Positions 1-6,912 of a stretch of DNA of 51,613 nucleotides are shown one piece after another (the first letter of the stretch is position 1; every line of letters begins with the position of its first letter). Where the stretch lies: positions 1 through 51,613 of the IMG/VR virus record IMGVR_UViG_3300011971_000139. One strand, written 5' to 3'. The stretch comes from a virus (taxonomy: Duplodnaviria > Caudoviricetes). Made by a program: the position numbers and the translations under genes. The notes below the pieces were generated by a model, which searched no databases, was not told the origin of the DNA, and saw only the letters and a list, made by a program, of their open reading frames with translations.

Positions 1-822
1 ATTTCTTCCACCACCAATCATTCCAGCGCGGGTGACCGAGTGGTGTGGATTACGAAAGGGACGATATTGAACCAAGGACCCATTGCAATTAAGCAACCCA
101 GAAACACTGTAAAGCTGAGTGACCTCGATACTTTCTTGGTCGCTTAGTAAAGGAAGTATCCCTGCATATGCCTTTGCAAGCAACGTCTTACCTGATCCTG
201 GAGGGCCAAGTAAAACGACGTTATGTCCTCCAGCGGCCGCTATCTCCAAGGCTCGTTTGGCATGCTGTTGCCCATGGACATCCACGAAGTCCACTCTGGG
301 TCTACTGTCTAAGTCTGGTGGTGGAATCCGAGTGATAACATCATCTTCGAACTCGCCCATTTTGTCGATGGTCCTCACGATTTGATCGAGATTGAAGGTA
401 CTATGCGTTGCTAGCCCTGTCACAAGTCGAGCTTCTGCCAAATTATCCGGAGGAATAATCAACTGTAACGGTTCAGTGACGGTCCCTGCTTTTCTTCCTG
501 TTCTTGAGTTCACTTTATCGAGGGTGATTGCCATGGTGAGGACACCAGGAACTGGGCGAAGCGTTCCCTCTAATGAAAGCTCACCTGAAAAAACATATTT
601 TACAAGTTCCGGCGACATGATTTGCTCAGTTGCTGCGAGTATTCCTATGGCAATGGGTAAATCCAGTCCGGAACCTTCTTTCCGTAAATCCGCAGGGGCT
701 AAGTTAACGGTGACCCGCTGTAAAGGAAACTGATATCCAGAATTACGTATCGCTGAACGAACTCGGTCACGGGCCTCTCTCACGGCAGTTGTAGGTAATC
801 CAACTATTTCAAATGTCGGGAC
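1..822 (-). pseudogene. comM: ComM/YifB Mg-chelatase-like AAA+ ATPase lacking about 30 N-terminal codons (interrupted by the prophage); continues off the left edge
   Basis: The minus frame is open from 822 to 1 and reads PTFEIVGLPTTAVREARDRVRSAIRNSGYQFPLQRVTVNLAPADLRKEGSGLDLPIAIGIL...GHNVVLLGPPGSGKTLLA...RPFRNPHHSVT. There is an in-frame TAA at 823-825 and no start codon. Confidence 0.93.
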
Positions 823-840
823 TTAACCCATTTGCAAAAT
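811..840. other. Prophage attachment junction within comM
   Basis: The comM frame breaks at 820-825. Upstream (minus) reads GCA AAT GGG TTA + AGTC + CCG ACA TTT, i.e. ANGL-like codons out of frame, followed by non-comM sequence. Confidence 0.7.
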
Positions 841-856
841 ATAGTCCTTCCTTCTA

Positions 857-1162
857 CTATAAAACCTCATATTTAAGTTCAATTCCGTCCAGAAATCCTC
901 GTTTATAGGCATCTTTCAGTAAAGCACTTTCACATAACGCGGAAAATTCTTCGTGCTTCATAAAAAGGATTCGATCAGATCCAAGCTTCGCTTTTATGTT
1001 TAAACCTAACGAAATCGATTCTTCCAACCATTTATCATACTTTGTTGTTTCCCTCGTTTCTTGAAACGCAACCTTAAAAAGTCTTTCTTCTATTAAAGCA
1101 TCCATGACTTTATTAAGCAATCCACTGGCCTTTGTCTGAGAAATCTCCATATTTTTACTCAT
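857..1162 (-). CDS. Hypothetical protein (C-terminal AYxxGFxDG motif), probably SOS-regulated
   Basis: ORF with GAGG upstream of ATG 1162. A LexA box lies in the upstream promoter. Confidence 0.6.
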   Translation of the reverse strand: MSKNMEISQTKASGLLNKVMDALIEERLFKVAFQETRETTKYDKWLEESISLGLNIKAKLGSDRILFMKHEEFSALCESALLKDAYKRGFLDGIELKYEVL

Positions 1163-1270
1163 TTCTACTCTTCGCCTCACTATTTTTAGGATCTAATCAA
1201 AAGATTAAAAAACATTATAAACAAGACTACTCACCAAAGAAGACCATGTATAAAACATTTATTTTATATT

Positions 1271-1299
1271 ATTAGAACACATGTTCCATTTATTTTCAA
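1271..1299 (-). promoter_or_regulatory. sigma-A-like promoter with an embedded Gram-positive LexA (SOS) box
   Basis: GAAC-ACAT-GTTC at 1275-1286 lies between TTGAAA and TCTAAT (17-nt spacer) on the minus strand. Confidence 0.65.
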
Positions 1300-1333
1300 G
1301 GGGTAATTTGGCACATAGCCTATATTTTTACCA

Positions 1334-1528
1334 TTACCCTTCCCCAATAAGCGATCTTATCCCAACATCAAGGAATTCTGCTATTATCACCAATGTCTTG
1401 ATGTGGGGAATTTTTTTCCCCTCCTCGATAGCCGCAATATATCCCTTGCTCAGCCCTGTGCCCTTGGCCAGATCAGCCTGAGTACACCCTCTCTCCTTGC
1501 GAAGCTTGGCGATTCTTTTACCTACCAT
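1334..1528 (-). CDS. XRE-family HTH protein
   Basis: GKRIAKLRKERGCTQADLAKGTGLSKGYIAAIEEGKK. Confidence 0.9.
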   Translation of the reverse strand: MVGKRIAKLRKERGCTQADLAKGTGLSKGYIAAIEEGKKIPHIKTLVIIAEFLDVGIRSLIGEG

Positions 1529-1687
1529 GATGTCATTCCCTTGGTGTCATATTAATTTTACAGCTAAATAGTGTCGGATTTTGTAATAATGTCTCCCCTG
1601 AAAAGTACATATTCTACGCTAAATATACCTCATTATCGACACAATTTATATGTGTACCCATATATTTACATATATACCACTTTTCTC

Positions 1688-1714
1688 GCAGGAATTAACC
1701 CGTGTTTGCCGAAT
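1688..1714 (+). promoter_or_regulatory. sigma-H-type promoter
   Basis: GCAGGAATT-11nt-GCCGAAT matches RNAGGAWWW-N11/12-RNNGAAT. Confidence 0.7.
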
Positions 1715-1734
1715 TTCTAACATCGGTGATAAGA

Positions 1735-1923
1735 ATGAATCGGTTAGAGTTGATCATGCACAAAAAAGGCCTAACTCAAAAAGATCTATCTCGGTTAACA
1801 GGCATTCCGCAGAACGACATAAGTAAGATTATAAATGATCGCAAGGACATTTATTTAGTCACTGCCCAAAGGATAGCTTGCGCCGTCGGGGAAAAGGTAG
1901 ATTACATTTGGTACGATTATTAG
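1735..1923 (+). CDS. XRE-family HTH protein
   Basis: MNRLELIMHKKGLTQKDLSRLTGIPQNDISKIIN. ATG 1735 is preceded by GGTGA. Confidence 0.88.
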   Translation: MNRLELIMHKKGLTQKDLSRLTGIPQNDISKIINDRKDIYLVTAQRIACAVGEKVDYIWYDY

Positions 1924-1927
1924 GCTG

Positions 1928-1978
1928 TAAGCACAAGCTAAGACCCAGCGTCAATGCAAGGGTCTTAGCTTGTGCTTA
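1928..1978. repeat. Perfect 19-bp inverted repeat with a 13-nt loop
   Basis: TAAGCACAAGCTAAGACCC ... GGGTCTTAGCTTGTGCTTA. Confidence 0.95.
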
Positions 1979-2030
1979 GTCCCCTATTGTTCGGATCAAG
2001 TACATGCGGATAAATCTCCTATACATATAT

Positions 2031-2057
2031 AAAGGATTTGAGCATCTCATGTGGAAT
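2031..2057 (+). promoter_or_regulatory. sigma-H-type promoter
   Basis: AAAGGATTT-11nt-GTGGAAT. Confidence 0.7.
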
Positions 2058-2076
2058 ATTATTCCAAGGTGATTTT

Positions 2077-2145
2077 ATGAATCGTATCAGAGAAGTAATG
2101 AAAGAACGGGAGCAGAAAGAAGTCTTGACGCTTGCTGCTAAATAA
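2077..2145 (+). pseudogene. 22-codon remnant resembling an HTH gene N-terminus
   Basis: AAGGTGA RBS, then MNRIREVMKEREQKEVLTLAAK*, similar to the start of the 1735 HTH gene. Confidence 0.45.
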
Positions 2146-2237
2146 ATATTCTTGTCAAACTATGGAAATAAGGAGTATAATTTAATCAAAATGCAGAAAA
2201 AAGCTTAGAGGTAAAATACATATTGGAGGCGATTGTT

Positions 2238-2615
2238 TTGGGCTGGTTTGAAAACCAAAAAGAGCGCAATGAAGCATATAAAGCGCAAAAGGCAGTAGCA
2301 AAGAAAGAAGCGCTGGATAATGGTATCCCAAGTACTTGGGATAAGTTTAAAGCCTCGGCTAAAGAAAGCATGGATAAAGCTGGCGAGATAGCTGATCAGA
2401 AAAAAGTCAGGATGAAAGAAATGGATGATCAGGGTATCCCCTATTGCCCCAAGTGTTTATCAACATCATTAAGTGCAAATAAAAAAGGTGGCAGTATTGT
2501 TAAGGGGCTTGTTGGAGGCGCCCTTCTCGGCCCAGTTGGATTGCTGGCCGGTGGGATCGGCAGGAACAAGATAGATATGTATTGCATGAAGTGTGGTAAT
2601 AAGTTTAAAGCATAA
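2238..2615 (+). CDS. Phage accessory protein with a split Zn-ribbon and a glycine-zipper hydrophobic segment
   Basis: GGAGG RBS before TTG 2238. Motif CPKC...GLVGGALLGPVGLLAGGIG...CMKCG. Confidence 0.8.
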   Translation: MGWFENQKERNEAYKAQKAVAKKEALDNGIPSTWDKFKASAKESMDKAGEIADQKKVRMKEMDDQGIPYCPKCLSTSLSANKKGGSIVKGLVGGALLGPVGLLAGGIGRNKIDMYCMKCGNKFKA

Positions 2616-2635
2616 GATTATTCCATTGCCCCAAT

Positions 2636-2674
2636 AAAAGCCCTGGCTAAATTAATGGCTGGGGCTTTTCTTTT
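2636..2674 (+). terminator. Intrinsic terminator (probably bidirectional)
   Basis: AAAAGCCCTGGCT...GGCTGGGGCTTTTCTTTT. Confidence 0.7.
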
Positions 2675-2701
2675 GTCACAAAACCATTAATATTGTCGAG
2701 T

Positions 2702-2729
2702 GCAGGAAACTACCCTTACTACATTGAAT
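2702..2729 (+). promoter_or_regulatory. sigma-H-type promoter
   Basis: GCAGGAAAC-12nt-ATTGAAT. Confidence 0.65.
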
Positions 2730-2754
2730 TTTATTGGGAAATTAAAGAAAAGGA

Positions 2755-3153
2755 GTGATTTTTTTGAATGCTTTCCGAAAATTGAAAATGACAGGCATAT
2801 TCCTTGCTCTATTATTAGCCATTAGTGGATGCTCCAGCAATGCAGCACCAACTATAAGCCCTGTAAAAGCAGATGAATCAAAGCAAGTCCAAACAACACC
2901 CACGCCTCCAATTACTACCCCAGCTCCTGCCATTAGCACCGCTCCTGCCCCAACTCCCGTCACGGCCCCAGTTGTAAAACCTGCTCCAGTCCCCAAACAG
3001 GCTCCTCAAGCTGTAACGGTATACATAACTAATACAGGTTCAAAATATCACAGGGACAGTTGCCGGTACTTATCAAAGAGTAAAATACCAATAAGCCTAT
3101 CGGATGCGAAGAGTGGATACGAACCATGTAGTGTCTGTAACCCACCCCAGTGA
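2755..3153 (+). CDS. Lipoprotein with a Pro/Thr linker and a C-terminal Ada-like Zn-binding domain
   Basis: Lipobox LAISGC, a PT/PA-rich linker, then VYITNTGSKYHRDSCRYL...GYEPCSVCNP. Confidence 0.85.
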   Translation: MIFLNAFRKLKMTGIFLALLLAISGCSSNAAPTISPVKADESKQVQTTPTPPITTPAPAISTAPAPTPVTAPVVKPAPVPKQAPQAVTVYITNTGSKYHRDSCRYLSKSKIPISLSDAKSGYEPCSVCNPPQ

Positions 3154-3163
3154 AGAGCGGTTT

Positions 3164-3194
3164 AAGGCTCCAGCGTAATTGCTGGAGCCTTTTC
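3164..3194 (+). terminator. Intrinsic terminator
   Basis: AAGGCTCCAGC-GTAATT-GCTGGAGCCTTTTC. Confidence 0.8.
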
Positions 3195-3227
3195 TCGTGT
3201 CTTATATCTTATTCTGGAGGTGATTTC

Positions 3228-3326
3228 ATGTACGGGTACGGAATGGGTCAAGGCTGCGTTCAAGGCGCTGGTCACGGTGTAGGAGTAGGGGTTATTACTG
3301 TTGCAATTCTGATTCTTATTCTTTAG
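3228..3326 (+). CDS. YjcZ-like small sporulation membrane peptide (32 aa, possibly C-terminally frameshifted); absent from the ORF track
   Basis: GGAGGTG RBS, then MYGYGMGQGCVQGAGHGVGVGVITVAILILIL*. Adding one base near 3321 would extend it to ...LIxLGLIF*. Confidence 0.65.
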   Translation: MYGYGMGQGCVQGAGHGVGVGVITVAILILIL

Positions 3327-3357
3327 GCTTGATTTTTTAAAAACTTCTTATGAACTG

Positions 3358-3385
3358 GGGATATCACCTGAAAAGGTGATATCCC
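3358..3385 (+). terminator. Perfect 12-bp hairpin downstream of the small peptide gene
   Basis: GGGATATCACCT-GAAA-AGGTGATATCCC. Confidence 0.65.
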
Positions 3386-3592
3386 TTAATAATTGAAACA
3401 GAAAAAGGCCCCCACCGTCTGTGCAGCGAGAGCCAATTCAAGAGGTGAAGATATCCCATTGATATCTTGCCCAGGAGTAGGTTTATTAAACAGAGATGAA
3501 TAGTCACAACCTCTTTGGGTATATTAACTAAGCAGAAGAGATGCTTCTTGAAGTAATAATGTCATCAACTTACAAGGAGTTATCCATTCTAT

Positions 3593-3631
3593 AAAAGGGA
3601 GAGCCTTCCATAAAGGGCTCTGCCCTTTTTT
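3593..3631. terminator. Bidirectional intrinsic terminator
   Basis: AAAAGGGAGAGCCTT...AGGGCTCTGCCCTTTTTT. Confidence 0.7.
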
Positions 3632-3869
3632 ACATCTTCCACAAAAACCACTTGCAGGTCTGCACCTCAAACTTAATCTCGTATGGCTTCAGCACTCCGT
3701 CGATCCACTTGAAACACAGCATCTTATTGCCGGCCAGCTTCTCTTCGGTTACGGACACTACCTGCTCGATCTTGTGCTCCCGATCGGTGATCTTGAAGCG
3801 TAGTGGATGGGGTGTGCGGTCTATGTCGAAGTGCGCTAGGACTTTGATCGGTGTCATTCGAGTTTTCAT
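3630..3869 (-). CDS. Conserved clostridial hypothetical protein of the type often found beside Y-family polymerase genes
   Basis: AAAGGA RBS and motif PIKVLAHF...PHPLRF...EEKLAGNKMLCF...YEIKFE..TCKWFL. The family association is from recall. Confidence 0.6.
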   Translation of the reverse strand: MKTRMTPIKVLAHFDIDRTPHPLRFKITDREHKIEQVVSVTEEKLAGNKMLCFKWIDGVLKPYEIKFEVQTCKWFLWKM

Positions 3870-3898
3870 GATTTATCGTCCTTTCATGCGGATTAAGC

Positions 3899-4426
3899 CT
3901 ATATACTTAGAGCTACCAATAATTTAGACCATGCATCTTCTGTGGATATATTATCGTCAAACTTAATTCTTAAATATCCTAAATAACGTTTTGTGTCCGC
4001 GACATGTTTTGGTTTTCCCTTTGTCTTAATGTGTTTTAGAATTTCTTGACGAAGATAGTTCTTCCTTATCATTCTTATTTTTCTCTTAATAATATAGTGT
4101 GAAGCTATATAAAAAGCTATAAGTACAGATATGTCCAAAGTAATCGACCATAATGAAAGATTATATGAAGATGGTTTTGTGTTTACTAATGAAAGCGCTT
4201 GAAGCATAAAGCCAACGAAAAGGAAGCCAAATCCAATACTTGCTTCAAGTTTTTGAATTAAAGCACCCATCACATAGGCTTCATTAATTCCAAAACTATG
4301 TTTTGGTGCCTCTTCAATAATTCCCTCCAAATTCTTCTTGACTATCCCCCTTGCAAGATACCAGGCTCCTATGATATCTAATATAAGCCCCGTAACACCT
4401 ATTAAGCTCCCAAGTCTCACCAACAA
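3899..4426 (-). CDS. Membrane protein with about 3 TM segments and a basic C-terminus (moron)
   Basis: AAGGGGAG RBS, hydrophobic stretches, AT-rich DNA. Confidence 0.75.
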   Translation of the reverse strand: MLVRLGSLIGVTGLILDIIGAWYLARGIVKKNLEGIIEEAPKHSFGINEAYVMGALIQKLEASIGFGFLFVGFMLQALSLVNTKPSSYNLSLWSITLDISVLIAFYIASHYIIKRKIRMIRKNYLRQEILKHIKTKGKPKHVADTKRYLGYLRIKFDDNISTEDAWSKLLVALSI

Positions 4427-4595
4427 CTCCCCTTAATATTTAAATTTCTATATTCCAGAGATTTATACTCTTTTAACTAATTTACTGGTTTAGACATGAT
4501 CTGTCAACAAAAAAAAGAACCCCCATCGTTTCCGACGAGAGTCATGGAGTACGCTAGGTGGAATTTAACATTGAGTTTAGCTGGTGTGGTACTTA

Positions 4596-4916
4596 TTACC
4601 TAAGTACCACACCAAAAAGAGATGCTATTGAAGCTAATGATCCGACACTACCTAAAATAGTGCTCATTATGCCTAAAATACGTTGTCCTTTATTTTTATC
4701 ACCATTAGTAAAGGAAGCCTTTAAGTCCTCCGCAAGGTACATAGCTTGCTCTTTATTTGAGGCATCAAGTTTCTGTATATCACCTAATAAGTCTGTAAAA
4801 GCCTTTTCAAATTCTTCTGTTTTACCCTGAATTTGGGTATTCCCATCACTCTGAACTGCGATGTTTCCATTAACACTTGCGTTGTTGAAACTGTCCTTAA
4901 CATTCCTATCGCTCAT
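4596..4916 (-). CDS. 106-aa protein with an N/G/S/Q-rich N-terminus, a helical domain and a hydrophobic C-terminal helix; frame open upstream to 5111
   Basis: GGAGGG RBS at 4926-4931, 9 nt before ATG 4916. No stop occurs in this frame until TAA at 5112-5114. Confidence 0.75.
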   Translation of the reverse strand: MSDRNVKDSFNNASVNGNIAVQSDGNTQIQGKTEEFEKAFTDLLGDIQKLDASNKEQAMYLAEDLKASFTNGDKNKGQRILGIMSTILGSVGSLASIASLFGVVLR

Positions 4917-5050
4917 ATCTACATTCCCTCCACTAATACCATTAACAAGAAATAGCTTGTCCACATGCTTAATTACCAAATGCATTCCACTCTTAGACTG
5001 CAGCGCGTCAGTTAGGAATAATCCTGGATTCCAAGGGATTCCTGATTCTC

Positions 5051-5443
5051 TTACACATGTTGCAATTGAAGGAATGAAGTTTTCGTTTTTTTTTGAGAAA
5101 GAATATCTATTTTAAACTCTGGTGTAATTTCAAAAATCGGATAGTAGTCACTGGCCTTAGCTTCAAACTCCTCACCGCAAACTGTACACAATTCTTCTCC
5201 CAGTAAGGGAGCATAAACATAAGGCCCGATTTTACGTATACATGTGTAATTTGGACAACGAAGCTCCCATCTGAGATAGATTTCTCCTGAATCCACTAGT
5301 TCTAATAAGTATTTAAAGGCAACATCCAAGGGAAGGTTAGCATACTTAGCCACAGCAGATGGATAAAAGTATCTGACAATGCTTATGGCTGCAGTGTCAA
5401 CAAACTCTCTGACTTTGCGTTTTCCCTGATATATGGGTTGCAT
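5051..5443 (-). CDS. Winged-helix-like plus Zn-ribbon protein
   Basis: Strong RBS GGGGGAGG. Sequence FYPSAVAKYANLPLDVAFKYLLELVDSG followed by CPNYTC...CTVCG. Confidence 0.8.
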   Translation of the reverse strand: MQPIYQGKRKVREFVDTAAISIVRYFYPSAVAKYANLPLDVAFKYLLELVDSGEIYLRWELRCPNYTCIRKIGPYVYAPLLGEELCTVCGEEFEAKASDYYPIFEITPEFKIDILSQKKTKTSFLQLQHV

Positions 5444-5462
5444 ATTAACCTCCCCCTTTCCA

Positions 5463-6533
5463 TTACGTTAGAATGAATTTTTCTCGAACGAACTTGATTA
5501 CCGACTCAGTAGCCGGCGTATTAAAGTATATGCTGTTGGTTTTCAAACCGACCCTGATTGTATAAGTTTTTTCTATGCTTTCTTCTGGACAGTTAAAACG
5601 CACAAAACCGTTTTGATGGTCAAGGAATGGGTCAAATGAATCATATAAGGGTAAGCCCCTTAACTCATGGTCCCCCCCTAAACCAACCCTCTCCATTCCT
5701 GCTAATATAAGTGCCGTAAATGGAACTGCAAGAGTTTGTTCATCAAAAAGTTCTTCAGCTTTCTTAAGGCATTCCTCAAGAACAGTGATGTCCTTGGTTA
5801 CAAAATAACTATTTAATGCTGTGAGGATTGAGCCAACAGCCTTTGCTTGGTCTTCCCCGAAGTTATCTAATATTAGCTCGGGTTTAGAATTCGTATCAAT
5901 TAGCTCTCCTTTAAGAGCATCCGCAATTTCTCCAATACTCAAGAGAAAAGGAGCAGTAACCGGTTCTAGGGTGATTTCCTTATCTATTATTCGAGCTAGA
6001 GCTGAAGCTACTTTATCCGCTTTTCTTGAATCAGACCTTACTTCAATGATTCCCAATTCTTCATTCACATAAACCGTAGTAATCTCACTTATTGGGACAA
6101 TGTTCATATCTGTCCCATAAAATTCTTTTCTAACACCATTTTTATACATAAATCTTAAATAATATTCATTATCACTATTCCCTTTTGATCCAGCAATTAG
6201 ACACGGAGTAGTTGTTAAGTCTTCTTTTCGCGGAACAATTACTTGCTCAAAAGGATCGAATCCGCAATTCTTTTTAATTAGCCCCTTCACATCTGATAGG
6301 TCATCGGAATGGAACCAGGTAACAGAAACCTGGCCGGCTAAAAGCTTATCCTTAGATTTATCAAGGATAGCGCCTGAACCCGAATTTTTCCTTAGAAACT
6401 CCCATACTCTTTGAGCTAATTGATAAGCTGTACCCGAGGAATCTAGGTCTAAATCGGTACAAATTTCCGCCAGAGTTATTTTAGGTAGCTTAACTATATC
6501 ATTAACAAATACGATTTGAGGTATAGAAAACAT
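5463..6533 (-). CDS. 356-aa uncharacterised protein with an N-terminal SAP-like helix-extended-helix motif
   Basis: GAGGTG RBS. LPKITLAEICTDLDLDSSGTAYQLAQRVWEFL fits the SAP pattern. Confidence 0.8.
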   Translation of the reverse strand: MFSIPQIVFVNDIVKLPKITLAEICTDLDLDSSGTAYQLAQRVWEFLRKNSGSGAILDKSKDKLLAGQVSVTWFHSDDLSDVKGLIKKNCGFDPFEQVIVPRKEDLTTTPCLIAGSKGNSDNEYYLRFMYKNGVRKEFYGTDMNIVPISEITTVYVNEELGIIEVRSDSRKADKVASALARIIDKEITLEPVTAPFLLSIGEIADALKGELIDTNSKPELILDNFGEDQAKAVGSILTALNSYFVTKDITVLEECLKKAEELFDEQTLAVPFTALILAGMERVGLGGDHELRGLPLYDSFDPFLDHQNGFVRFNCPEESIEKTYTIRVGLKTNSIYFNTPATESVIKFVREKFILT

Positions 6534-6566
6534 GTTAACACCTCGATACTATTTTTAAGATTATTA

Positions 6567-6593
6567 CTTCGACATTTAATCCAAAATACCTTT
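6567..6593 (-). promoter_or_regulatory. sigma-H-like promoter overlapping a Spo0A box
   Basis: The minus strand reads AAAGGTATT-11nt-GTCGAAG, with TGTCGAA at 6568-6574. Confidence 0.55.
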
Positions 6594-6912
6594 AAATTAA
6601 TACTCAAGGAATCTTTTATTCATGGAGAGAAACACAAAATAAAATAAAAAACCCCCTCGCAAGGAGGGGTATTAGGAGGTAGAATTTGAAAAAGTTCTAG
6701 GTCTATATTTCAACCGTAGAATTCCAAGCTGTTATATCTATCATAAACCCTACTTGTTACCCTTCCGTGACCTTCGTATTAAGAATATGTGAAGCCTTAG
6801 TTTAACTAGCAAACAACAAACGAACGAACGCATTGGGATTCCGTGTTGGCATAATTACCAACGAAACCGGAGAAATTATGGATAAGGTATTTAGGAAGGG
6901 ATTGGAGCAAAC

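Noticed and set aside
119-733. Plus-strand ORFs 119-385 and 392-733
   Set aside because: They are antisense shadows of comM, which has clear motifs on the minus strand.
820-823. comM break as a simple 4-nt insertion in an otherwise intact gene
   Set aside because: Similarity stops after ANGL. Upstream there is a stop and phage DNA rather than the expected VEVD and start codon.
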